Translations under genes and position numbers: made by a program
The notes under the pieces: generated by a model
Databases searched by the model: none
What the model saw: the letters and a program-made list of their open reading frames with translations, nothing else
Told to the model about the DNA's origin: nothing
Shown here: positions 1 through 12,074 of the stretch, one piece after another
Layout of the letters: every line of letters begins with the position of its first letter
Numbering within the stretch: position 1 is the stretch's first letter
NCBI RefSeq assembly: GCF_001194135.2
Contig: NC_068987.1
Location: 2,520,337-2,584,336, forward strand
DNA length: 64,000 nucleotides
Direction: 5' to 3'
Origin: Octopus bimaculoides
Lineage: Eukaryota

Positions 1-258
1 GTTGTGTTCTTGAGCAAGACACTTTATTTCACGTTGCTCCAGTTCACTCAGCTGTAGAAATGAGTTGCGACGTCACAGGTGCCAAGCTGTATCGGCCCCT
101 TTGCCTTTCCCTTGGATAACATCAGTGGTGTGGAGAGGGGAGACCGGTATGCGTAGGCGACTCCTGGTCTTCCATAAACAACCCTGCCTGGACTTGTGCC
201 TGGGAGGGTAACTTTCTAGGTGCAATCCCATGGTCGCTCATGGCCGAAGGGGGTCTCA
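1..258 (+). mobile_element. SINE, family C-type head with a different 3' body; 5'-truncated by the window edge
   Basis: Starts GTTGTGTTCTTGAGCAAGACACTTTATTTCACGTTGCTCCAGTTCACTCAGCTG, shared with copies at 2107-2395 (-), 9889-10200 (+) and 45051-45299 (+), then diverges. Confidence 0.75.
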
Positions 259-950
259 GCAGCATATATATGGCTGCAACAGTGAACTTGGCTAAAATCA
301 CGCAAATTTCACAAGGTTCCAGATAAAACGGGCGATGGATAAAGTCTACCTCATCATGTTACTCATAAAAGAATTGTATATTCGACAGACAAGTAAAAGA
401 TGACATTCTGCAACAATAAGAATATCATTTCTGTCCGTCGCTGGTTACCAAAACGTGATGCTTTATAACATTATGGGAAATAAGTTGTAACTTCTAAGAA
501 TCTAATATAATTCTATTTTTAAAAATAAATCTAGAAAATAAATAAAATACAGAAGAAATATGGGTGTACATTATTTTTGAAAACTAGATAGGATCTGTAA
601 TTTGGAAAAACTGGACCGAAAATGATTTAACATACCTTAGAATCACGAGTGTGTGTGTGTGTGTGTGTGTGATACACAAACATACAGAGAAATAGATGTG
701 TTGGAAGGATAAAAGTCAGGATGGGAGGTGGAAGAAGCCCACATAGACAAGACTACATTAAACACATTCAGGTAGAGCGATGCCAAACTGTAAAAGGAAG
801 ATATAACGAATGGAGATAGTGTTTTGATTGTTATATAATATTACCAAAGAATTACTTCAGATTACAATGGAAAGGTTCCCCGTTGGCAAAGTTTGACTAT
901 ATCTAACTGATCTACTCCTATCTCCATCTCTCTCTTTCTCTCTCTCTCTC

Positions 951-1013
<63 letters not shown>

Positions 1014-1147
1014 AAGGTTAGTTTGGTCGGCCAACACACAGTTACTCTCTGCAATTGTTGGTGTAGGTGTCTATGACGTCAGAGGGACATCTGATGTCAG
1101 ACACAAAATGGAAGATCACGCCTATCACTTTAGATGCAGAGAATACC

Positions 1148-1195
<48 letters not shown>

Positions 1196-1373
1196 ACACA
1201 CATGCATATAAATTTAGACACATGCTTACACACACGCGAATACATTCAGCTTAACGCGTTTACATTTACACTTAAACGTATGTGCTTTCACATTAAGACA
1301 TGCTTTCAAATTCGCACGTATACACACGAGTATAACCACACACGTATATACTCATACGTGTGTAGTTGAGTGG

Positions 1374-1419
<46 letters not shown>

Positions 1420-1727
1420 CAATACACGTGTAACCATATTCACACCTGTTCACACACACACGCTGATATGAATTCCTGCTCACGCATTTGCCTGTATTCG
1501 ATTTCACACACACACACATACACACACACACACACACCTTTACAATAACACCTCTACACACATCCACAAATATGCATCTGCATTTTTTAAATATATGACT
1601 ATATGTATGAATGTATACATTCGTTTATACACTCGTATCTACACTCACACATATATACATACATTTACAATTTTTACGTCTGAAACGTATTTGGAAACTT
1701 AGATATTTGCTTAAATCTAAACTTATA

Positions 1728-2105
1728 CAGTGATACCTCGAAGTACGAGTTTAATTCGTTCCATGACGGAGCTCGTATTAGGATTTACTCGTTTTACAAA
1801 TCAATTTCCCCCATTGAAATTAACTAAAATATAATTAATCCGTTCTAGCCCCCGAAAGACCACTCAAAAATAATTTTTTATGGGTTTTAAAACAGAAAAG
1901 GTGTAGTTACAAGTAAAACAACAATTATAAAAAAGAGAATGCAAAAGAAATATGGAAACTGGTTTTATTAACAGAATTGCTTTAAAGATTTGTGTGCTCG
2001 TACTGCGGATTTCCGCTCGTATTCCAAGACAAAAATTCGCACGAGTCTCGGCTCGTACAGCAAATTACTTGTACAATGGGGCACTCGTACTGCGAGGTTC
2101 TGCTG
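1728..2105. mobile_element. Tigger/pogo-like MITE (378 bp)
   Basis: Imperfect TIRs CAGTGATACCTCGAAGTACGAGT / ACTCGTACTGCGAGGTTCTGCTG, each flanked by TA (1726-1727, 2106-2107); no ORF. Confidence 0.75.
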
Positions 2106-2106
2106 T

Positions 2107-2395
2107 ACATACTGGCACTCCGTCGGTTACGACGATGAGTGTTCCAGTTGATCCGACCAACAGAACAGCCTGTTCGTGAGATTAACCTGCAAATGGCTGA
2201 GTACTCCACAGTAGTACAATTGATGTAGTTCTCAAGGAGATTCAGCATGGCATAAAATGTGACAAGGTTGGTCCTTTGAAAATACAGACACTACATATTT
2301 TTGCTAGCTGAGTGGACTGGAGCAACGTGAAATAAAGTGTCTTGCTCAAGGACACAACGCGTCGCTGGGAATCGAACTCACGACATAACGGATAA
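2107..2395 (-). mobile_element. SINE family C
   Basis: Reverse complement matches 9889-10200 (B box GAGTTCGATTCCC; tail GGAACACTCATCGTCGTAACCGACGGAGTGCCAG). Confidence 0.8.
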
Positions 2396-2699
2396 AAAGC
2401 CATTTACAGCCTCAAGTCGACCCATATGCGAGTGAAATTGGGAAGATGTAAACTCTACTGCTGCTTATCGGGTGGATTGTAACTGGAGTTCATAAGACAC
2501 GACCTTGCTAAATACTCTGTCGCGTTCATTCTGTTTGTGATTTACATTAAGAGCACACGTGTCTACGGAGTGCTCAGCCACCGAGATGTTAATTCAGGAG
2601 CAGATAATTCAGTCGATCCTCATGGTGAAATGACGGAGATCCATTATACCATGTATGTAGGCATCCTTTGTCCGTATGTATGTCCGTATGTGAAGTTCT

Positions 2700-2950
2700 T
2701 TGTACATAAGCATGCAGAGAAGAAGCCACGCTTAAAGACTTGTTACAAACTACAACGTCTTTCTTGTTTGAGTCAAGCACACGAGCACCGTTTGCCAGAA
2801 AACGTGTATAAATCGGTCAGGTTTCACAGAGAAAAATCATTGGAATGATCCAGAACCAAGAAGTTAGAAGATTCTGTATGAATGTTGAACCTGCAACAAG
2901 TCTTGTAAGTCGCTGGACAGATTCGTGAGCCATCGCCGTCCTCACAGAAC
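2700..2950 (+). mobile_element. Decayed RTE-clade LINE 3' end
   Basis: Translates HEHRLPENVYK (RTE-like HRLPKxVLYG) and, at 2880-2948, EC*TCNKSCKSLDRFVSHRRPH, like the C-terminal C2H2 motif of RTE ORFs. Family assigned from recalled motifs. Confidence 0.45.
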
Positions 2951-4049
2951 GTCTATGTATGTCTATGTATGTAAGAATGTATGTCTGTATGTATGGATGT
3001 GTGTCTGTGTACTCGCGCGTGTATGTATTTCTGAAATGCTATATACGCACGTGGAATTATGTGTACAACATTCTACATCCACTTGATGTGTGGTAGCAGA
3101 ATACCGTTTGACATTCTGTCAGAAATATCATCATCTCCTCCATCCCAACCAGCTGCTTCATATATATTTTATAGCGCTATTGTAGTTAGTTGAGTAGATA
3201 CATCCCATCCCCAGTTATCTCCCCGTCAGTTTAGAACAAAACACACGACGGCAGCACATGTTTGCCGAAATGGCCATCAAGGTGACAAGTCAGGACTTTA
3301 ATGTCTCTTGAATTACACGTTGATTAGTTTTTATGATTGATTTTAACGGCAAGAATAATGAAGTAACAAAGGAGGGGAATAAGGCGAAATAATCCGGATT
3401 TAGAAAATGGCGGTGTAGATAATGGTATAGTGGCGATGATGGTGATGAGAACGTAGATGATGATGGTGATTATAATGATCGCGATGAGGATTATGATGCT
3501 GGTGGCGATGATGATGAGCAGGAAGAGCGAAATGATACGATGTATTAAGAAAAAGAATGAAGCAACAGGATTTAAACAATAAACTAATAGAGGTGGGGGT
3601 AACAGTAGGAGGAGGGGGGTCTGATAAAGAGAGGGGGTAAAAGAGGAGAACGGATGGAGGCAGAAATTAGGCAAAGTAGTCATAGAGACGGGAGTGGGCA
3701 AGGAATGGGTTAGGGAGGTGTCTGGGAGGTAAATATTGGTATGTTGTATATTGGAAGAAGTATTTAATGGAAGGAATGGAATTACGATGGTGGGGCAGTT
3801 TGAGGAGACAGTCACTTCATAAAGGAGCAATAATTTCCACACACACACACACGCACACATACATGTATGCGTATATACATATGTAAATATATAAATGTTT
3901 GTGCTTGTGTATATTACATATATATAATATATAGATGTGTGTACATACATATATATACGTGTACGTATACGTATATACATGTGTATAGATATATGTACGC
4001 ATACATGTATACATCTGTGTACGTATACGTATATACATGTGCTCATGCG

Positions 4050-4080
<31 letters not shown>

Positions 4081-4389
4081 ATGTGTGTGTGTTTACATGT
4101 GTATGTGCGCACATATGCCTATATGTGTGCGTGTGTGTGCATGTTATGTACAATAGAAAAGTTGAAAGCATTTAGATCACTGTCTGCATAGGTAATCAGT
4201 TACGTATAAAATCATAAAATATTCCTGTATTTTGGAATTAAGGATTTTCGCCAGAGACGTGTATTGAGTTCTCTCCTTTTATTGTAAGCTATCACCTGTT
4301 GTTAAAATCTGCATACACACACACACACACATACACACACATATCCATGCACATTCACAAGGAGCTTCGTACAATGTGTATTCCACATA

Positions 4390-4796
4390 CACGAGGGTGA
4401 GTCAAAAAGTAATACCATTTTGTTTCGGACAGGTATAATTACCAACACAGGAACATGTATCATACATCAAAATGAAGCTGGTCCTCTGTGGATCACATCC
4501 CTACTTCTCAACATAGTCACCGTTTCTCTCAATAGCAATGTTCCGCCTTCGAATGAGAGCATGTATCCCTGCCCCGTAAAATTCTGTTGACTGTTCTTTG
4601 AGCCACTTCTTCACTACAGTCTTCACTTGCTCGTCACTGGAATAATGTTTGCTTCTCAAACCCTCTTTCATGGGGCCGAAGAGATGATAGTCTAAAAGTG
4701 CTAAATCTAGCGACGTGGAAGTGAAAACTGTAGTGAAGAAGTGGCTCAAAGAACGGCCAACAGAATTTTACGGGGCAGGGGTACATGCTCTCATTC
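4390..4796 (-). mobile_element. Mariner remnant: transposase C-terminus plus TIR, with an internal inverted duplication
   Basis: ORF 4501-4749 reads DLALLDYHLFGPMKEGLRSKHYSSDEQVKTVVKKWLKEQSTEFYGAGIHALIRRRNIAIERNGDYVEK (SPDLAPSDYHLF motif). TA+CACGAGGGTGAGTCAAAAAGT terminus at 4388-4410. Confidence 0.9.
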
Positions 4797-4859
4797 ATGG
4801 AGGTACACCTAGCTACTTTGTCAATTTATAATAGTGTAGTATTAGAAAAGTATACAAAG

Positions 4860-5095
4860 TGGCTTGCTTACCAACCACATGGTTCCTGGTTGAGTCCCAT
4901 TGCGTGGCACCTTGAAAGCCGTTGTTGGTGTGTTTACTTCCCCATAAATTAGCATTTCGGCAAAAGAGACCGATAGAATAAGTACTAGGCTTACAAAGAA
5001 TAAGTCCTGGGTGAATTTGTTCGACTAAAGGCTGTACTCCAGCATGGCCGCAGTCAAATCACTGAAACAAATAAAAGAATAAAAGAATAAAAGAA
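4860..5095 (+). mobile_element. SINE family B, internally deleted
   Basis: CAACCACATGGTTCCTGGTTGAGTCCCATTGCGTGGCACCTTG head joined to the GAGACCGATAGAATAAGTACTAGG...CAGCATGGCCGCAGTCAAAT tail. Confidence 0.85.
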
Positions 5096-5584
5096 TAATA
5101 GTGCATTTTGTGTTTTTAAATGGATATGACTTTACTGCGATGAAATTGGAGAAGTTTGGAAGGTGAAATTCAAAGCTAACCTTGGTGAGATTTGAACCTG
5201 AATTTATTATATATAGGCGTAGCCCTAAACTGCAATGTCCAGTGTTGTAAAAACGTCATTGATACGGCTGTGATGAGTCATATCACCAACAACTGTTCTG
5301 CTTTGAACCACTTCCACCAGTAATGACATTTGAGAATAGGGTTGCGACTCAAGTTCTCTCTTGGCCCTCCGCACCCATGGAAATTTGATGAAGTTAGATC
5401 TATTGTGTAAACGTTTAAGTATTACTGACCGACATGGCGAAAACTGATAACCGCAACACTTGGTAACCTAGCAACGGTAACTAAACGATCGTCTCTTATT
5501 GAAAAAGACTTCCGCTTAGATATTAACTTACAACTGGCAAATGTTGTTTAAATGCACCGAATTATGATTGAGTAAATAACAATG

Positions 5585-5591
5585 ATAATAC

Positions 5592-5622
<31 letters not shown>

Positions 5623-5815
5623 CCTTTTTACTATATTCGCAAGATTTGAAAGTTTAGGGGAAGGGCCTCGTCGATTACATTGACCCAAGTGCTTGACTAA
5701 TACTTATTTTGTTGACCTCGAGAGGATGAAGGCAAGGTCGACCTCGGCAGAATTTGAACTCAGAACGTAGCGATTGGCGAATTACCGATAAGCATTTTAC
5801 CCGGATGTTAACGAT
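5585..5815 (-). mobile_element. SINE family A with (ATT)n tail
   Basis: Reverse complement has TTCTGAGTTCAAATTCTGCCGAGGTCGACCTTGCCTTCATCC; (TAA)n at 5585-5625 is its tail. Confidence 0.8.
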
Positions 5816-5947
5816 TATTTCACATCACCACCTCATGATGATGATGATGATAACCCGTTCCCTACTTCACACGAGGATAATTAATAAAGGTGTTTTACAA
5901 TGGCCGGCCGGAAGAAAATCAGTAGTCGAAGTAAATAGTGAACACAA

Positions 5948-6004
<57 letters not shown>

Positions 6005-9000
6005 CAGATAGATAGATAGATAGATAGAGAGATAGATGTGTGTGTTTATAAAAAAAAAAGCAAATATAAATGTATATATACGTGTGTGTGCCCCAAATGG
6101 AAGACTGTCATTGTTCTAAAACAAAATAGGGCCCACGAGACCCTCCAACCAAACCAGGCTCGCTACTGTTTCCATCTTTCAGAATAATTACAGAAAATTA
6201 ACATCTATTTCTGTCTTTCAATCGGAAATTTCAAGATCTTGATAAGAGTATATTCGAAAGGAAAAAAGTTTTGTCTTCATTCACTGGAATTTCGTTCGCC
6301 ACACTTTCTCTTTCGCCGAAGCAGAATTTGTTTGCCTTCGTTTATGAAATAAAAACAGTTGATAGACCTTTACGATGGGCTCGGTTCACATCGGGATCCA
6401 TCCTACAAATTGATATTTGGTCTTCGACGAAACACCACGAGTTAGTGATGTCCCGAATAGTTGTAGTCTAGACTTTCTGCTGATGATTTTATGGCATCTG
6501 AAGTGTGAAGAAATATTAGAAAAGTCTTTGCTACATTCCTAGAAACATTTAAACTGTGAAGGGGATTACCTCAGGCGAATTTTCTATTTCTACATTTAGT
6601 TTCATTTTTGTATAAGCTATTGTATGTATTCCAACTTGTTTAAACGCATGCAACTTTGACTAAATCACGCATACACCAAGCTATTGCGCCATTGTAGTAA
6701 CAGCTTCATTAAATATTTTTCTTCAACACAATAGATATGTCTACTAATATTGTCTTTTATGTGATGTATGATCGTTGGTGGGTGGTGGGCTGTTGGGTCT
6801 CTCACATATGTATATTCTCTCTTTGTTGGATTTATGCAAGAGTTAGAATTCTAAAAACGTTAATTGTTAGTTTCTCGGTTCATCCATGTGATGGCCATCA
6901 TGTTACAGGATTCGGTGAATCCGCAGTCTCAATAAAATCCTATTTTAATGGATCCTGTTGTATTTTTCAATGTGTGTAGGATATGTAATGCGAGAAAATC
7001 CGAAGTTTCTGTTCCGTCGAAGCAATTTTTGAATTTAAAGAAAAATTCATTTCCGCGTTTCTTATTCCAGAAGGAATTGGCATAAAATAAGGACTTCCCT
7101 GCCTTCATTATATTTATACCGAAGTCTGCTATCGCTGGTAAACAGGTGGATAGGCAGGCAGGTAGATAGACAGGTAGTCAGATAGAACAAATGAGATATG
7201 GAAGACGGCGGGCAGTGACAGGTTGTGTGGGTAGGTGCATGCGTGCATGGATAAGGAGATATTTACGTGCATGCATGCATGTACGCTTACATGTACAGAT
7301 TGATACTTACGTCCATGGGTGAATATATGCGTACATATATTCATGGACAGCGATACTTATGTGCATCCAAACGTATGTATATTCAATAAACGATAGATGT
7401 CAATAAACGATATACATCCACGAGTCAAGTAAAATATCTGCTCGTCTTTGCATATGTTGAAAGCAGTGTATATATATATAATAAAGTTGATTTGTATGCA
7501 GACGGCTGTTGCCCTCTCTATGGAGGTGACACGTTGGTCTATAGCAGTAGATATTGCACACTTCAGTAATCCTCAACTTATTTTAATTGCTACGGTCGAC
7601 TAGCTTAGTACTAAAGTTGATGACTAAGTCTCAATGTGGATTTGAAGTCTAGAAGAATGACGAGATATCATTTAACCTAACCAGCCAACTGAAAATTCTC
7701 ACACACATACCTATATATGTGTGTGTAGCCCACGCATATATGTGTGTATATGTATCGGGTGTAGATATGTATTTATATATATACACACACACACACACGC
7801 ACGTTTGTGTGCGAATATAATCTGCAGTGCCTGCTTAGTGGAATAGTGTAAAACTACATTGTAGAAACCATTTAGAGTTGAATAATTAAAGCGTTGGTAA
7901 GGATTGTGTAACTGTTTTATTAAAACTGTATGTTGGACGAAATGCGGATGCCATGTATTTTAAATTTTATTCATTTCTGAGAAAATATTTGACTTTCTCA
8001 AATGTTTAGATTTAAAAATAAAAAAAGAAAAACAGGATCCGCTCCAACAGCCAGTAAAATAGAGAAAGAGGTGAGAGGTAACTCTGAGTGACAGTGGCAG
8101 CACATTTCAAATTCCCTTTTCTTCACCCTTCACATGGAAGGGAAAGAGAATGTTTTCCAAGTCTAATGTCCAAATAATTACTGTTATTAGGCAGACAAGA
8201 GTAGTAGAAACAACAGCAACAACCTAAATAAAAGTGAGACAAGCAGCTGCGTAAGCGAAGCCGGCCTTCTGCTCGTGGAAGGAGAGGAGATGATTTCGGT
8301 GTTGGACAGTTCAGAGCTCAATTGTTATAGCGGTGAACGAGAGAAGCAGTAAAACGACGGCGTCATCAACAACAACAACAGCAGCATTGGCAAAAGTAAC
8401 CACAGCAACATTATCAATGATAGCAAAGTCACCAGCAGCAACGACAGCAGCACTAACCGCCATAACAATAAGGCTTAATTCCTGGAATAATGTTCACAAA
8501 AGAACAATAGTGTGTCTTTGGAAGACAAGCAAACAGAACTAAAGACGATGCTAGACGTAGGAGAACTGAAAAGGGAACAGAAGCGCTTGCGCCTCTTTGT
8601 GAGAACTCGAGCTGCAATCGACGGAAACGTATCGATGCGTTGACTTAAAACTCGAACACTCAAGTAGAAAGGACCCTCCATTTTGAATGGCAGGACATCG
8701 ATCATATATCTAAGGTAAGACAGTTTTGCGGGGCCGAGGTCTTATTTCCAACATTCAGTGATCACCTGCCACAGCTCGGTCTTTGCTCTCTTCCTAACTT
8801 ATTTGGGAACAAGGGCGGTAAAGGTCACAATATTGGAGTTCACACGAGTTAGATCTCTGGTGGATTTTGGTAAAGTGTCGGAGGAGAGAGAGATACTTTC
8901 CTAAACTTGAAAAGAACGAGGCGAGATAACTACACAGGGATCACACTGGAGACCCTTTTTCATGTAACGCCTAAACAGCTGGAGTAATTATAAAGGTCAG

Positions 9001-9077
9001 ATGACCAATGCGTCATGTCTATAGAACAACTGACCCGTCTTTGAGCATTTTTCTCAAACACCTAAAACAGAGAGGGC

Positions 9078-9465
9078 CAGCTGACGGAATCATAAGCTCT
9101 TTAGACAAAATACTTTGCGATATTTCTTAGGTTTCTTTACGTTCCTAATTCAAGTTCCACAGAGGTCGACTTTGTCTTTCATCCTTTCGGATTCGATGAA
9201 ACAAGTACCAGCCAAGTACTGAGATCGAAGGAATTGACTAGACCCCCCCTCCCCAACAAAATTTTAAGCCTTGTGTCTATAGTAGAGGATTGTTAAAGGT
9301 ATCGAACAGGCAGAATTGTAAATGCGCCAGACAAAATGTTTGGGTCAGCTGGTACTTTGCTTTTTTGACCCTGAACGGATAAACACTGGGATAGGTCTAA
9401 TTGGCTAATTCACTTCTGCTTCAATTTTCCATGCCTTGTAGAAAGGATTATTATTATTATTATTA
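9078..9465 (+). mobile_element. SINE family A: one copy plus an adjacent decayed copy
   Basis: CAAGTTCCACAGAGGTCGACTTTGTCTTTCATCCTTTCGG core; ends GTAGAAAGG(ATT)n. Confidence 0.7.
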
Positions 9466-9888
9466 TTCACTTCCTTATTTCATATCTCTCAGTCATGAAT
9501 CCTCCCCCTCGTCCACTCCTTTCACACAATCCAAAGTGCCATACCTATAAATCTCTCCCCCTCCCCCTGTGCCTCTGCTCATATTATTCTTGCTTCTTAT
9601 TAATGTCTACAAACTTTGCGATATATATAGCTTCCATTATCTAATGCTTCATTATCTATTATTACTTCATTATAATTTCGTTTCTCTCTTATCATATTTG
9701 TGGTTAATTTATCACTTCTTCTATGCAAGTTCCGTTCAAAACGAAACCAAACGTTTTAAAGAAACAACAAATTTATTTAATCTGATAATTGAACTTGTTC
9801 ACTCTGGACTCCTTCAAAATAATTCCTTCCGTTGTTGATAACACCGCTCAAAACCTGATTTTTCAGTTCTAGATCACGTTCTGGCAAT

Positions 9889-10200
9889 GAAGGCACGTGG
9901 CTTACGAGTTAGGATATTCGACTCGTAAGGTCGTGAGTTCGATTCCCGGCAGCGCGTTGTAACCTGGTGTAAAACACTTTATTTCTAATTGCTCCAGTTC
10001 ACTCGACTGGCAAAAGTGGGTTGTACCTGTGATTCAGTGGGTCAGCCTCGTCACATTCTGTGCCACGCTGAATCTCCGTGAGAACTACGTTAAGGTTATG
10101 CATGTCTGTAGAGTACTCAGCCACTTGCATGTTAATTTCACGAGTAGACAGTTCCGTTGAGCAGATCAACTGGAACCCTCGTCGTCGTAACCGACGGAGG
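9889..10200 (+). mobile_element. SINE family C, near full length, nested in the mariner
   Basis: tRNA-like head GAAGGCACGTGGCTTACGAG...GTGAGTTCGATTCCCGGC; tail GGAACCCTCGTCGTCGTAACCGACGGAG. Confidence 0.85.
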
Positions 10201-10740
10201 ACCGATATTTCATCTTTTATCTTCTGCAACACTTTTTTTTTATCGCCTGAAAGTAACACGTGATTGTCACAGTTGATTTTCTTCTATCCGCCACTGCAAC
10301 AGTCAAAATCTTGAGCGTAGAAAAGAGAGGAATTGCTTTCGAATTGTTAATAGTTCACAGATAAGGATTTCCATGTGAGGAGATGCTTTACTGTGATGCT
10401 GCATCCGAGTTTTATTTGTCAATACATAGAGATGTTTCGAGACATTTTTAGTCCTGTCTTACTGGAACATTATAGGAGACCCACCAAAAATACTTTATTC
10501 GCCGTTTGTGTGATCAAGTTGAACAAACTCGTGATGAAATAATACGCTTCCATTCAAAAAATACGATCAATATAACTTCCATATTTCGATGAATCTGGTA
10601 AAGATCCAACTCATTGAAACAACCGCATTTTCTTTCGACATCAAAACTGTCCACACACCCACGTTTCGTTCCTTGTTATGATAGCTTTTCAGAAAGTTTT
10701 CATCAATGTTCGAACGATCAAACAGTTCTTGTCAGCAGAC

Positions 10741-10868
10741 ACAGCACAAATCTTGTAGATACAAATCTTGTAGATACAGCACAAATCTTGTAGTAACATG
10801 ATGCATCTTCATGTAGTAACATGATGCATCTCCATGTAGTAACATGATGCATCTTCATGTAGCAACAT
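10741..10868. repeat. Tandem duplications (15/20-mer x3, then 23-mer x3) inside the mariner
   Basis: ACAGCACAAATCTTGTAGAT variants, then TAGTAACATGATGCATCTTCATG x3. Confidence 0.9.
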
Positions 10869-11298
10869 TCTACATTTAAAACCACGTGACATGAACTTTT
10901 ACAGATTCTTACTGTTTTCGAAGACTGCCAGGCAACGGTTTTCACGAATCACAGGATGCACTTTCGCGATGTTGTCGTCGCCTGTTGTCGTGGAAGAAGG
11001 ACTAGATTTGTGGTCATCCTCGGCCGATACTCTTTCCAAACTGAAACGGTGGTGCCAATTGTGACCCTGGGCAAGGCTCAATCATCCCCAAAAGGTCCGC
11101 TGCAACTTTAGAAGTGTCCGTAAAGAGGTCTTCCTAATTAGCAACACTTATGCACATACATGTGTGTATGCGCTTGGGTCGAGATACGTGAATATTATAT
11201 ACACACACAAATGAATTTGTGCATCCGTCTGTAGGAATGTGTGTATGCATGCGAGGGTGTGTATGTGAATCTCTGTGTATATACAAGTAGACACGTGA

Positions 11299-11340
<42 letters not shown>

Positions 11341-12074
11341 ACACACATATTATCTGATAATGTATGCATACACCTAATATATAAGGAAAATGTATGCACA
11401 CGCATGTACATGTATAAGAATGTAGATAAACAGATTAAGGAGAGAGGAACCGATAGAGAAAGATGGCGGGGGGAGGGGAGAATGTGTGTGGGAGAAGTGT
11501 TATCGATGATTAAAGGAAGGAAGAAAGGACAATTGAGATGTGGTGGGAGCAGGGCGGGGTGAGGAAGGAGTCGGTTGTGAATTATGATTAAAACAATAGA
11601 ATTAGTTATCAGCTTGTGGAGAGGTCACCTTGATAAGAATGGACAGAGGGAGGCGGGGAGGGAAGTACTTGAGAGAGAGAGAGATATGGTGGTTGATAGA
11701 TAAGGTTGGGGGAGTGGGTGGTGGTGGGAGGGAGGGTTGGGAGGAAGAGTCGTGCGTGGAGAGGGGGAGCGATATATGAGAGAGAGAGAGAGAAAGATGG
11801 AAGAAGTCAGTATGGGAGGGAGGTGGTAGAGAGAGAGAGAGAGAGAGAGAGGGAGGTTGGGTTGATTGGTTTAAGTAAAATCGGGAGAAGTTGAAAGGAA
11901 TAGACTGAAGAGAGAGTGAGAGTCGATGGTGGTAAAGATAGGGAGAGAGAGAGTGAGAGAGAGAGGGAGGTAGCTCGGAGTGAATGTGTGGGACAAATAA
12001 GGAAATCGAGACAGAGTAAGTGGATGGGATGGAGGGGCAACATGACAGTAATAATGAACGAATGAGGGATAGAT

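Larger units (their letters stand above)
9724..11130 (-). mobile_element. Decayed mariner transposase gene interrupted by a SINE and internal tandem repeats
   Basis: Minus-strand pieces in the expected order: HNWHHRFSLERVSAEDDHKSSPSSTTTGDDNIAKVHPVIRENR (HTH region), QHHSKASPHMEIL (HDNAPAH-like), then NGRNYFEG and a TIR-like end (TA-TGCAAGTTCCGTTCAAAA, 9722-9741) beyond the SINE. Confidence 0.8.

Noticed and set aside
857-1567. ORFs with ERER, HTHT, CVCV and YIYI runs (and many similar ORFs across the window)
   Set aside because: They are translations of (GA)n, (CA)n and (TA)n microsatellites.
3324-4112. 262-aa minus-strand ORF and an acidic D-rich plus frame
   Set aside because: Built from TA/CA and GAT/GGT low-complexity decay; no domain and no splice support.
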